64,000 nt of DNA from positions 12,152,001 to 12,216,000 of the forward strand of contig NC_088858.1 of assembly GCF_963853765.1 (NCBI RefSeq), written 5' to 3'. Position numbers and translations under genes: made by a program. A model generated the notes under the pieces. It saw nothing but the letters and a program-made list of their open reading frames with translations, made no database searches and was not told where the DNA came from. The DNA is from Magallana gigas. Taxonomy: Eukaryota. Every line of letters begins with the position of its first letter. Within the stretch, counting starts at the first letter, position 1. This document shows, piece by piece, positions 63,787 to 64,000 of this stretch.

Positions 63787-64000
63787 GTTTTATGGTCCGA
63801 TTTGATTTACACCTTGATGAAAAATTATATATAGGTACATGTATTAGAATAAGTTACCTGTAATGTTTGTGTGGGATGAAATGTGATCATTTTATACTTC
63901 ATTATCTTATTATAAGACTTAACCAAATTTTAATGAAATGTCTTTTACATGTACACTGTAGGTGTCCCCAGCAATGATATTACACATGCTTGCTAGTGAA

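Overview
Eukaryotic, AT-rich, intron-dense genomic window. It is most likely from an oyster (Crassostrea/Magallana), judged from a ~166-bp Cg170-like satellite carried in Helentron-type non-autonomous elements and from the gene content. Reconstructed genes, left to right: the first two coding exons of an RDH11/12/13-like SDR (-, runs off the left edge); an intronless ADAM10-like gene disabled by a TA-flanked MITE plus two frameshifts (+); a 7-exon, 413-aa single-pass receptor (signal peptide, Cys module, FN3, VWC, FN3, TM, FxNxxF tail) that the ORF track shows only in pieces (+); a complete 24-exon cytosolic MTHFD1 (-, 934 aa) with an intronless B-box/NHL gene nested antisense in its last intron; TTC12 (+, 2 coding exons) head-to-head with MTHFD1; a complete 15-exon SRP54 (+, 504 aa); and a ~20-exon KCTD3/SHKBP1 homologue (-). 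Mobile DNA includes nested Helentron-like elements whose satellite shows emerging higher-order repeats, several MITEs, a tRNA-derived SINE, and a 1.4-kb non-coding LTR element with apparently identical 402-bp LTRs, non-canonical TA...TA ends, a tRNA-Ala-like PBS and a PPT. All exon boundaries were read by eye and checked for GT-AG and phase. No database searches were run, so family names rest on motif recognition. I found no convincing wholly new biological system; the best leads are the mini-LTR element, the compact Sas-like receptor, the ADAM copy with its CUE/UBA-like tail, and the minisatellite built from a splice donor.
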